From NCBI GenBank assembly GCA_027451985.1, contig DAIDHS010000010.1:196-64195 (forward strand): 64,000 nt of DNA, written 5' to 3'. Every line of letters begins with the position of its first letter. Positions within the stretch are counted from its first letter, which is position 1. Positions 55,767-64,000 of this stretch are shown piece by piece. A program made the translations under genes and the position numbers. The notes under the pieces are model-generated. The model searched no databases and was not told the origin of the DNA. It saw only the letters and a program-made list of their open reading frames with translations. The stretch comes from Elusimicrobiota bacterium. Its GTDB lineage: Bacteria > Elusimicrobiota > Elusimicrobia > UBA1565 > UBA9628.

Positions 55767-56461
55767 TGGTGCCCAAAGGACGGAAGGTTCTGCTCCTAGG
55801 CTGTCTGGCTCTTGGCTTCTGCGCCGGCGCGTGGGCGCAATCGGACTCCATGGATCCTTTGGACGTCAAGCAAATCCTAAGCGAAGCCGCGGACTATAGG
55901 CACCGGGCCGCTGTGCTTAGAAAGCTTATCGGCGTGCGCGAGCAGAAAATCAGCAGCATGCAGCAGCAGGCTAACGAATTGATTGCGCAGGCTCAAAATG
56001 CCGCGGCCGCACAGGAGCAGGCCGCGGCCCAGGCGCAATCACAAGCCCAGTCGGATAATGCCGCATTTGGTGGCGCCGCATCCTTCATCGGTAATTTCAT
56101 ACCCGGCGGCGACAGCTTCGTTGGGCAGGTGACCCAAAGCGCGCTGACGGGAATGGGCAGTGCGGAAGTGAGCAATGCCAATGCCCAGGCGCAGCAGGCT
56201 CAGACTGTGGGCGGTTCCGAGGAAAGCCAAGCGCAGAAGGACGCCGATTCCTTGATGGCGCAGGCGCAGAACTTCCAAGGTGAAAAAAAGAAATTGGCCT
56301 ACAAGGCCAGGCAATACGAGCAGCTGGCCGACGCCAAGGATTTGCTGGCTGCGGCTGAGATTTTGCGGTTGCAGGCCAGGAAAGAGTCGGACACGGTGGG
56401 ACAAACCGAGCAGGCCGCGGCCGAGCAGAAAAAATTCGTGCAAAGCATGGACATTTGGTAA
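55763..56461 (+). CDS. Exported Gln/Ala-rich coiled-coil protein with central Gly-rich hydrophobic segment
   Basis: Signal peptide ending AWA; AFGGAASFIGNFIPGG flanked by Q/A-rich helices. Confidence 0.65.
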   Translation: MMVPKGRKVLLLGCLALGFCAGAWAQSDSMDPLDVKQILSEAADYRHRAAVLRKLIGVREQKISSMQQQANELIAQAQNAAAAQEQAAAQAQSQAQSDNAAFGGAASFIGNFIPGGDSFVGQVTQSALTGMGSAEVSNANAQAQQAQTVGGSEESQAQKDADSLMAQAQNFQGEKKKLAYKARQYEQLADAKDLLAAAEILRLQARKESDTVGQTEQAAAEQKKFVQSMDIW

Positions 56462-56478
56462 ACCGGCGGCAGGCAGAC

Positions 56479-57567
56479 ATGAAAATCTGCGCTTTCGGTG
56501 TAGTGCTAAGTCTGATCGCCTTCTTGCCATCTGCCGTCCGTTCCCAACTATCTGCATCGGATATTCCGACTCCGCCATCCTCCTGCGCTGACGCTTACTG
56601 CAACTGCAACGGCCGTCAGGTTGAGGTCGGTTGCGCAAATCAGAATGCGGATTGTCGTTGCATTTGCGGCTACAGCAGTTGTCCGCAGAAGAGCGCAGGA
56701 GCGGAGTCCGGGAGCGGAACCGTTGCTCGCGATGCGGGAAACGCCGCCATGATGGGGAGCGTCGCCCACGGTCTTGGCGGCATGCTGGGCGCCGCGCTTG
56801 CGCCTGCGCCGCCGCCGCTGCCGTCGTATACTCCTCCGAAGGTCGTGATCCCTCAGAATATAGACGATAATCCGGCGGCCGACGCTTCTATCAATAGCGG
56901 CGTCGGCGCGGCTCAAGACATCATCAACGGGTATGCGGATTCGACTCCGGCCGCAGAAAAGCCTTCGGGTGAAGAGGGAGGCGTTCCGGCGCTTTTGCGC
57001 GGCGACCCGATGAAGGACTGCCAAGGAAAGAATCTCATTTATAACCCTGAATGCGCCGATATCAGCCTGGATACTCCAGCTTTGCGCGCTAACACGGCTG
57101 AGAATCAAAAGGCGCTCGCTGACGGCGCAGCCTTCCAAAGCGACATTGATGCCGACGCGCAGGCGCAGGAAGATGCCGATTCGATGCAAGACATGATTAC
57201 GGATTATTTGAAGGACAAGACGACGGATAATTTGGAGGACATCGGAAAGGAGCTTGGCCTCCCGGTCGATGCCATCAAAAGGGTCGAAGAAGGGGGCGGC
57301 ACCCTTAAAAATTATGCGACAAATACTCTAAATAATTTTGACGGTGAGTCTTCCAACGCCGCCTGTGCGCTGGGTGCGGGGAGCGCGGCCTGCATGGATG
57401 GCTATCATGACGCGGAAGCAAACCAGCAGGGGAGCACAAAGAAGCTGGATCAGGATACCTATAAGTTCGTCGGTGAGCAGTTCAATGTCAAACCGGCGGA
57501 GGGCGGCGAGGACAGCGGCGGAAGCAACGACTCTGGAGGCAATAATTTTTTCTCCATCTTCAAATAA
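56479..57567 (+). CDS. Exported protein with 8-Cys N-terminal module and acidic C-terminal region
   Basis: Signal peptide; CADAYCNCNGRQVEVGCANQNADCRCICGYSSC; GSVAHGLGGMLGAAL. Confidence 0.65.
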   Translation: MKICAFGVVLSLIAFLPSAVRSQLSASDIPTPPSSCADAYCNCNGRQVEVGCANQNADCRCICGYSSCPQKSAGAESGSGTVARDAGNAAMMGSVAHGLGGMLGAALAPAPPPLPSYTPPKVVIPQNIDDNPAADASINSGVGAAQDIINGYADSTPAAEKPSGEEGGVPALLRGDPMKDCQGKNLIYNPECADISLDTPALRANTAENQKALADGAAFQSDIDADAQAQEDADSMQDMITDYLKDKTTDNLEDIGKELGLPVDAIKRVEEGGGTLKNYATNTLNNFDGESSNAACALGAGSAACMDGYHDAEANQQGSTKKLDQDTYKFVGEQFNVKPAEGGEDSGGSNDSGGNNFFSIFK

Positions 57568-57571
57568 AGCC

Positions 57572-58468
57572 ATGCTGACACTCATGCTTTTTCTGTCGTT
57601 GGCGGTCCTTCCTGGCGCGGCCCTTCGGGCGCAGGCTGTCGCTTTGCCGCAAGGCGTTAAACTGGCGCTGCCTGAAAAGGGCATTCAGGTCCGGTGGCTT
57701 TTGCCTCCCTCGTTGGCTGGAACTTCCAAAATTCCCGTTGCCCTCTCTGTGGACCCGCGCGGGGAGGTATGGCTCGTTCGCGGACATCAAGTGATTTTTG
57801 TTCCTCGCGAAAATGCCTTCTTTAAGTCCGACCGACCTTTCCAGCAGATGGCGTGGCTACCTGCGGGGGCGAATCTGATCCGCTCCGGTGAAGTTCTGGG
57901 GACATTTACATTCGGCGGCAAGAAACCGGGAAGAGGTCTACCGGAGATTCATTTGAAGCCTTTGACTACAGTCGCCCTAAATCCTTGGGGAATGGCTCCA
58001 GCCGGCCGAGACGGCCTCTACATCATCGGCTACAATCCCCGGAAACAACTTTCCCAAATTTGTCTGTTGGCTCCTGCGGCGCAAGGCAAGAGGCTAGCGG
58101 TGCTCTTTCGCACGTCGGCGCAGATTTCGGACGTCGCGGGTGATGGTCGTGTCACCTACTTCTCTTCCGGACCGTCTATTTGGAAGCTGACGGCGAAGGG
58201 AGCCAAACTTGTCTATGCCCGCCGAAGGGGAGACATCCGCCGACTTATTTACGCCCCGGGAGTGGGCCTTTTCTTTGCAACGGATAAGTCTGTGGGCTTT
58301 GCTCGTGACGGCGATGGTTTTGACTTTGTCCAGGCGCCAAGGCCCCAAATTGCCCTCGCTCAGGGAGAGCTTTACGTAATGCTGGGAGGTCTCTCGCAGG
58401 GCGTACTGCGCATCGGCGGGCTTTCGCGCTTTTCCGGCGTCATTAGGGCTTGGCGCAGAAAAGGCTAG
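57572..58468 (+). CDS. Exported beta-propeller-like protein
   Basis: Signal peptide; repeated blade-like motifs (SVDPRGEVW, PAGRDGLYI, VAGDGRVTYF, YAPGVGLFF). Confidence 0.55.
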   Translation: MLTLMLFLSLAVLPGAALRAQAVALPQGVKLALPEKGIQVRWLLPPSLAGTSKIPVALSVDPRGEVWLVRGHQVIFVPRENAFFKSDRPFQQMAWLPAGANLIRSGEVLGTFTFGGKKPGRGLPEIHLKPLTTVALNPWGMAPAGRDGLYIIGYNPRKQLSQICLLAPAAQGKRLAVLFRTSAQISDVAGDGRVTYFSSGPSIWKLTAKGAKLVYARRRGDIRRLIYAPGVGLFFATDKSVGFARDGDGFDFVQAPRPQIALAQGELYVMLGGLSQGVLRIGGLSRFSGVIRAWRRKG

Positions 58469-59562
58469 GCTGCCTGAACCTCCGCCAGCCTTTTCTCCAG
58501 CGCCACGAATCCCGCGTCTAAATCAGCCCTTGAAATGTAGCCCATGTGCGCGATGCGAACGATTTTCCCTTTGAGGCTCAATTGTCCATCGGCGATGGAG
58601 ATGCCTTCCTCGCGCAGGATTTCGGCGAGCATGGCGCTGCCATCGACGCCCTCAGGCAACCTCACGCCGGTCAGGATGTGGGCCGGGTCCTTGGCGAAAA
58701 TGGCCAGCCCGTTTTTCCGTGCCCACGTCCGAGTGTAATCGGCTAATTCGGCGGTCCGCTTCCACATGCCCTCCAAGCCGATCTTTTCGATGAGCTTGAG
58801 GGCTTCCGCTTGCGCCGCGACCATGGCGACGGCCGGAGTATAAGGCGTTTCGCGCGCCTTGAGGGACCTGTCGTAAGTCTTCCAATCAAAATAAAACTTG
58901 GGCAACCGGGCGGATTGGACCAGGGTCCAGGCGCGCTCTGAAATGGCGGCGAAAGCCAGCCCCGGGGCGTTCATGAGCCCCTTCTGTGAGGCGGTCAGGG
59001 TCACGTCGACGCCCCATTCGTCCATTCTAAATTCCTCCGCAGCCAAGCTCGAGACCGCGTCCACCACGATGACGGCTTGCGAGTTGGCGTGCACTGCCGC
59101 GGCCAAGTCTTTGATGTCGTTCAAGACCCCTGTGGAGGTGTCGGTGTGCTGCAGAAAAACCACCTTGGTCTTCGGGTGCCGCTTCAAGGCATCGGATATC
59201 TTCTCCGCCTTGGCGGCGTGGCCCCATTCCTCCGAAATCACGACGGGAGAAAGCCCGTAAGCCTTTAGAATGGCGGCGAAGCGGTCCCCGAAAGCTCCCG
59301 TTGAGTAGACCAGCGCCTCGTCTCCCGGAGAAAGCAGATTAACGACGGCAGACTCCATGGCGCCGGTGCCGGAGGCCGAAGCCATGAGGACGCGATTTTT
59401 GGTCATGTACGCGCGTTGCATGGCGTCTAGGACGAACTGAAACATCTCCCCGAAGGCTTCGGTCCTGTGGTGCAGAATAGGCCGGGAAAGAGCGGCGAGA
59501 ACCTCCGGAGGCAATGGCGTCGGGCCCGGCGTGAGCATGATGTTTTGTTTCGTCTTGGTCAT
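58465..59562 (-). CDS. Class V PLP aminotransferase (serine-pyruvate/alanine-glyoxylate family)
   Basis: MLTPGPT, SGTGAME, TSTG, VDAVSS, ASQKGL (PLP Lys), RIAHMG. Confidence 0.92.
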   Translation of the reverse strand: MTKTKQNIMLTPGPTPLPPEVLAALSRPILHHRTEAFGEMFQFVLDAMQRAYMTKNRVLMASASGTGAMESAVVNLLSPGDEALVYSTGAFGDRFAAILKAYGLSPVVISEEWGHAAKAEKISDALKRHPKTKVVFLQHTDTSTGVLNDIKDLAAAVHANSQAVIVVDAVSSLAAEEFRMDEWGVDVTLTASQKGLMNAPGLAFAAISERAWTLVQSARLPKFYFDWKTYDRSLKARETPYTPAVAMVAAQAEALKLIEKIGLEGMWKRTAELADYTRTWARKNGLAIFAKDPAHILTGVRLPEGVDGSAMLAEILREEGISIADGQLSLKGKIVRIAHMGYISRADLDAGFVALEKRLAEVQAA

Positions 59563-62018
59563 GACAGGCCTCCGGGAGGATTCGGCGGAACAATGGAAGG
59601 TTTTTCGTCCATCCACTTGGCGCCTTTGGGACCGGCGGTGCGAGACGCCTTGGGCAAACGCTGGCCGGAGGAGGTTTCTTCCAGGGCCAGCGCCAGAACT
59701 TCGTTGAAATGCTTGACGGGCACCATTTTAATTTGAGCCAGCACTTCTTTGGGGATTTCTTCCAAATCCTTCTGGTTTTGATCAGGGTAAATCACGATTT
59801 TCAGGTTTTCGCGGTGCGCGGCGAGAATTTTCTCTTTCAATCCGCCGATGGGCAACACGCGTCCCCTGAGGGTGATTTCTCCGGTCATGGCGATGCCGGG
59901 GAGGACCGCGCGCCCGGTCATTAGGCTGGCCAAGGCCGTGGCGATGGCGATGCCGGCCGAGGGGCCGTCCTTGGGCGTAGCGGCTTCCGGCACATGGACA
60001 TGGTAGTCGTAGTTTTTAAATTTATCTGCGGTGACGCCCAGGGCGCCCGCGATGGACTTGATGTAAGACAAGGCGGCCTGAGCCGACTCGGACATGACGG
60101 AGCCGAGCTTTCCGGTGAGCTTTAAACCGCCCTTGCCGTGCACGGATACGGCCTCGATGGCCATGGTCACGCCGCCGACCTCGGTCCAGGCGAGGCCCGT
60201 CGAGACTCCAATGCCGTTGAACGAGTTCTTTTCCTGATGGAATTTGGGCACGCCCAGGAACCCGTGGACGTCCTCGGCATCCACGGAAACGATTTCCACG
60301 GATTTTTCAACCAGACGCATGACGGATTTCCGGCAGAGAGAAGCGAGTTCCCGGTCCAAATTGCGCACGCCCGCTTCGCGGGTATACTCCTCTATGATGC
60401 GGTCCATGGCGGAGTCGCTGACGGAAAGCTTGCCCGCTTTAATGCCGTGCTCCTTCATTTGTCGAGGGAGCAGGTGGGTCTGGGCGATGAGCCGCTTTTC
60501 CGCGTGGGTATAGCCGGAGTATCGCAGGATTTCCAAGCGGTCCTGGAGGCTCACCGGAATGCCTTCAAGGGTGTTGGCCGTGCAGATGAACATGACTTCT
60601 GAAAGATCGAACTCTGCGTCCAAATAGTGATCCAGAAACGTCGCGTTTTGCTCGGGATCGAGAACTTCCAAGAGCGCGGCGGCCGGGTCGCCGCGCCAGT
60701 CCATGCCCATCTTGTCGATTTCGTCGAGCAGGAACACGGGATTGCGGCTGCCGGCCTTGCGCAGGGACTGGATGATGCGTCCCGGCAGCGATCCGATGTA
60801 GGTGCGGCGATGGCCGCGGATTTCGGCCTCGTCTCTCACGCCGCCCAGGGACATGCGCACGAACTTGCGGCCTACCGCCTTGGCGATGGAGCGGCCCATG
60901 GAGGTCTTGCCGACTCCGGGAGGACCGACGAAGCAGAGAATGGGGCCTTTGAGGCCCTTGGTCAGCTTGCAAACCGCGAGATACTCTAAGACGCGGTCCT
61001 TGATTTTCTTCAAATCGTAGTGTTCGGCGTCCAGGATTTCTTGAGAACGTTTCAAATCGATGCGATCGCGCGTGCGCACGGACCAGGGCAGGTGCGTCAT
61101 CCAGTCGAGGTAGGTGCGCGCCACGGTCGACTCGGGAGAGTAGGGCATCATCTTCTCGAGCCGGGCGAGCTCCTTAAGGGCCGCTTCCTCCGCTGCCTTA
61201 GGCATCTTGGCCTCGGCCACGGATTTCTTAAGCGCGTCGATTTCCTGGTCGAAGTCGTCCTTCTGCCGGAGCTCTTTTTGGATGGCTTTCATCTGCTCCG
61301 TCAGGTAGTACTCTTTTTGGGTCTTTTCGATTTGGCTGCGCACCCGGCCATGGATTTTTTTCTCCAGGCCGATAATTTCGATTTCAGCGCCCAGGATTTC
61401 CGCCACACGCTCTAGGCGCGCCTTGGCGCTTAGAATTTCCAGCACGGACTGACGATCGGCGGGTTTGGAGAGAGCGTTGGCCGCGATGACGTCGGAGAGT
61501 TGGGAGAGGTCTTCCAATCGGGAAAGAAGCGCCGAAACTTCGGGAAGGGAGCGGCGGGAAAGCTTTAGGTGGTCGTTGAAGAGGTCCACGGCGTGGCGCA
61601 TGAGCGCCTTGGTTTCCGCGTCTTGGGCCGTTTCCGCCGGCTTTTCAGGGTACTGGCAGTCGGCCCGCCAGCATCCGGTCTGATCGTCGAGGCTGACGGT
61701 CTTAAGGCGCAGGCGGGCCGCGCCGCGCAGGAAAATCTTGAGCGTGCCATCCGGCATCTTGACGGACTGGGAGACCTCAGCTAATGTTCCCATCTGATGA
61801 AGATGTTCAGGCTTGGGGTCCTCAATTTGGGCGTCCTTTTGGGTCACGACGGCGAGAAGCTTGTCCGCGCTTTTGAGGGCCGCCTCAATGGCCGCGACCG
61901 ATTTGGGTCTCCCAACGGAGATGGGCAGGACCATGTGAGGGAAGAGGACGACGTCCCGAACCGCCAAAAGAGGAAGCTGTGCCGGCCGGTTTCGGGGGAG
62001 AGGAGGATCCGCGCTCAC
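59559..62018 (-). CDS. lon: Lon protease
   Basis: [44 protein letters not shown]. Confidence 0.97.
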   Translation of the reverse strand: MSADPPLPRNRPAQLPLLAVRDVVLFPHMVLPISVGRPKSVAAIEAALKSADKLLAVVTQKDAQIEDPKPEHLHQMGTLAEVSQSVKMPDGTLKIFLRGAARLRLKTVSLDDQTGCWRADCQYPEKPAETAQDAETKALMRHAVDLFNDHLKLSRRSLPEVSALLSRLEDLSQLSDVIAANALSKPADRQSVLEILSAKARLERVAEILGAEIEIIGLEKKIHGRVRSQIEKTQKEYYLTEQMKAIQKELRQKDDFDQEIDALKKSVAEAKMPKAAEEAALKELARLEKMMPYSPESTVARTYLDWMTHLPWSVRTRDRIDLKRSQEILDAEHYDLKKIKDRVLEYLAVCKLTKGLKGPILCFVGPPGVGKTSMGRSIAKAVGRKFVRMSLGGVRDEAEIRGHRRTYIGSLPGRIIQSLRKAGSRNPVFLLDEIDKMGMDWRGDPAAALLEVLDPEQNATFLDHYLDAEFDLSEVMFICTANTLEGIPVSLQDRLEILRYSGYTHAEKRLIAQTHLLPRQMKEHGIKAGKLSVSDSAMDRIIEEYTREAGVRNLDRELASLCRKSVMRLVEKSVEIVSVDAEDVHGFLGVPKFHQEKNSFNGIGVSTGLAWTEVGGVTMAIEAVSVHGKGGLKLTGKLGSVMSESAQAALSYIKSIAGALGVTADKFKNYDYHVHVPEAATPKDGPSAGIAIATALASLMTGRAVLPGIAMTGEITLRGRVLPIGGLKEKILAAHRENLKIVIYPDQNQKDLEEIPKEVLAQIKMVPVKHFNEVLALALEETSSGQRLPKASRTAGPKGAKWMDEKPSIVPPNPPGGLS

Positions 62019-62620
62019 GGTTTGAAGGGATCGATGATCGAGTCGACAATCCCGTAGTCTTTGGCTTCTTGAGCGCTCATGTAGTAGTTGCGCTCCATGT
62101 CCGCGGCGAGCTTTTCTTCGCTCTGCCCGGTGTGTAGGGATAAAATCGAGATGAGCTTCTTTTTCGTGTGGGCGATTTCCTTGGCGGAGATGATGATGTC
62201 CGTCGCCTGCCCCGAGACGCCTCGGGTGAGCGGCTGGTGGATCATAACGCGCGCGTGGGGCAGGATGCTGCGTTTACCCTTGGCGCCCGCGGCCAGCAGT
62301 ACCGCGCCGAAGGACATGGCCATGCCCATGCACATCGTTGAAACGGGGGCGCGGATGAACTGCATGGTGTCGTAGACTGCCAAGCCTGCGGAGACCATGC
62401 CGCCCGGAGAATTGATGTAGAGGCTGATTTCCTTGGTCGGATCCTCGGCATCTAGGTAGATGAGCTGCGAGATGATGAGGTTGGCCGAATCCGTGGTGAC
62501 GGCTCCCTCCGCACCGCCCGCGAAAATGATGCGCTCCTTGAGCATGCGCGAGAAAATGTCGTAGCCCACGGCCGCGCCCTGATTCCACTTCTCGAGGATG
62601 GTCGGGACGAAAAGCGCCAT
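62015..62620 (-). CDS. clpP: ATP-dependent Clp protease proteolytic subunit
   Basis: YDIFSR..KERII, YINSPGG, GMAMSFG (Ser), IHQP (His), ERN at the Asp position. Confidence 0.96.
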   Translation of the reverse strand: MALFVPTILEKWNQGAAVGYDIFSRMLKERIIFAGGAEGAVTTDSANLIISQLIYLDAEDPTKEISLYINSPGGMVSAGLAVYDTMQFIRAPVSTMCMGMAMSFGAVLLAAGAKGKRSILPHARVMIHQPLTRGVSGQATDIIISAKEIAHTKKKLISILSLHTGQSEEKLAADMERNYYMSAQEAKDYGIVDSIIDPFKP

Positions 62621-62635
62621 AATCGGGGCCGCGGC

Positions 62636-63910
62636 CTACGCGATGGCCGCCTTCTCGCGGATGAAAGCCAGGGTCTTGCGCTCGCGCAGCATGGCGGCGA
62701 TGTCCTCGCGGCGGTGTGCGTAAAATTTCTTGATCTCCTCGGCGTCCGCCGGCGTTTTAGCCTGTCCGAGGTCCTTGTCCAATTCGGACTTGATGTCCTC
62801 GTCCGTCGCCGCGATCTTCTCTTTTTCCGCGACGGCCGCGAGGATGTAGCCCATACGTAGTTCGCTTTCGACCAGCGGCCGGACTTTCGCCTCAAGTTCT
62901 TTGGCCATTTTCCCGGCCCACTGCTCTTCCGGAATTCTCATCTGGTTCTTGATGCGCTCAAGCCGATGCTCGAGCCGATGAGAGATCATGGACGGCGGGA
63001 GGGGGAACTTGTTGGCCTCCAAGAGAGATTTTTCGATTTGGGCCGAGATTTCCTCCTCGGTTTTTTTGCGGCCTTCCTCCTCGATAACTTCCTTAATCTT
63101 TGCCTTTAGCTCATCGAGGGAAGCGAATCCCATGTCCTTGGCGAACTCGGTGTCAAGTTCCGGCAGGACTTTTTTCTTGATTTCCCGTATCGTTGTGGAA
63201 AGAGACACGGCGCGGTCTTGGATTTTAACTGAAATCTCCTTGGTTTCGCCGCGCTTCATGCCTAGAAGCCCCTGCGCCAGCCCTTCGGTCAGCTGCTCCG
63301 AAGAGAGATCGACGAGCTCGGCCTCGCCCTTGATGTCCGGCGACGGTTTGCCGTTTTGGATGCCCTGGTAATCGATGACCGCGTAATGTCCCGCTCCAAC
63401 GATCTCTTCGTCCGCCTTTTCGAGGCGGGAGTGCGCTTCCCGGAGATCCGTCAGCCGCTTGACGATAGATTCCTCATCCGCGGGATGGGGGGTCTTCTTC
63501 ACGGAGATTTTGGCGTAATCCTTGGGGACGAAGCGCGGCGGAATCTCGATCTTGATTTCAGCCTTGAAAGGCTTGCCGTCCTCCAGGGAAATTGAGGTCG
63601 CGACCGGGGTGGCGACGGGCTCGAGCGAAAGCTCTTTGAGCGCGGACGGAAGATGCTTCTCCAAAAGGTCCTCGATGACTTCCTGGCGCAGGCGTCCTTC
63701 GAGATTTTTCTTGACGATATCGAGAGGGGCCTTGCCCGGCCTGAAACCTGGAAGACGCGCGCGCTGCTGCAGCCGCGCCAAGGCGCTGTGCTGGGCGTCC
63801 TGAGCCATGGCGGCGGGAATCGTCAGAGAGAGCGATACCTCGCAGCCGTTTTCCTTGAGCTTCTTGAACGTCGGCTTGTCCGAACTTCCGATTCCTGCGA
63901 ATAGGGCCAT
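62636..63910 (-). CDS. tig: Trigger factor
   Basis: PGFRPGKAP ribosome-binding motif, FKBP-like domain, LPELD.EFA; synteny with clpP and lon. Confidence 0.93.
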   Translation of the reverse strand: MALFAGIGSSDKPTFKKLKENGCEVSLSLTIPAAMAQDAQHSALARLQQRARLPGFRPGKAPLDIVKKNLEGRLRQEVIEDLLEKHLPSALKELSLEPVATPVATSISLEDGKPFKAEIKIEIPPRFVPKDYAKISVKKTPHPADEESIVKRLTDLREAHSRLEKADEEIVGAGHYAVIDYQGIQNGKPSPDIKGEAELVDLSSEQLTEGLAQGLLGMKRGETKEISVKIQDRAVSLSTTIREIKKKVLPELDTEFAKDMGFASLDELKAKIKEVIEEEGRKKTEEEISAQIEKSLLEANKFPLPPSMISHRLEHRLERIKNQMRIPEEQWAGKMAKELEAKVRPLVESELRMGYILAAVAEKEKIAATDEDIKSELDKDLGQAKTPADAEEIKKFYAHRREDIAAMLRERKTLAFIREKAAIA

Positions 63911-63927
63911 GTGAAATCTCCTAGATT

Positions 63928-64000
63928 TGGGCGGGGGGGGACTTGAACCCCCAAGCCTTGCGGCACACGGTCCTAAGCCGTGCGCGTCTGCCAGTTCCGC
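63928..64000 (-). tRNA. tRNA-Leu(UAG), 5' end cut by window edge, CCA not encoded
   Basis: Minus strand GCGGAACTGGCAGACGCG CACGG-CTTAGGA-CCGTG, long variable arm TGCCGCAAGGCT, GGGGG-TTCAAGT-CCCCC, CCCGCCC-A. Confidence 0.93.

Noticed and set aside
63929-63940. G homopolymer as a phase-variation tract
   Set aside because: It is the T-stem and acceptor stem of the tRNA.
1-64000. CRISPR array, IS elements, integrase or att duplication of the tRNA-Leu 3' end
   Set aside because: No regularly spaced repeats, transposase or recombinase motifs, or second copy of the tRNA end were seen by eye.

Overview
GC-rich bacterial chromosomal window of about 60 CDS. There is no transposase, integrase, phage structural gene, CRISPR array or rRNA. 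Taxonomy cannot be determined; the OM TolC and lipoproteins indicate a diderm. From left to right: (1) two tandem exported DUF3857/transglutaminase-like genes; (2) a dsrE-tusA-sqr sulfur cassette; (3) a translationally coupled minus-strand cluster (GNAT, MFS, LuxE-like ligase, LuxC-reductase/PaaK-ligase fusion, PaaK-like ligase) with no luxAB/luxD, whose enzyme set matches the NRPS-independent leupeptin-type peptide-aldehyde pathway, preceded by a Crp/Fnr-like box; (4) an ABC-2 exporter; (5) a roughly 22 kb low-oxygen/redox-stress region (Zn-ADH, cytochrome c, nitroreductase, beta-CASP MBL, cydAB, glgP, hemerythrin, korAB, USP, OsmC, TolC/RND, two DUF2892). Nearly every transcription unit in this region, plus the dsrE cassette, is preceded by the same GG-N7-GTTGC (sigma-54-type -24/-12) motif, and several genes are eroded by clean deletions; (6) housekeeping and accessory genes (prolyl oligopeptidase, PlsC, BI-1, FIST, cupin, nitrilase, two pseudouridine synthases, DLH, MFS, ald, a PilGHI-like ABC module, an orphan CHASE3-PAS kinase); (7) six coupled exported proteins of unknown function, two of which share a C-terminal PWWQx tail; (8) the core tRNA-Leu-tig-clpP-lon-aminotransferase locus, with no clpX and an Asn at the ClpP catalytic Asp position. 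All family calls come from motif recognition by eye; no searches were run.
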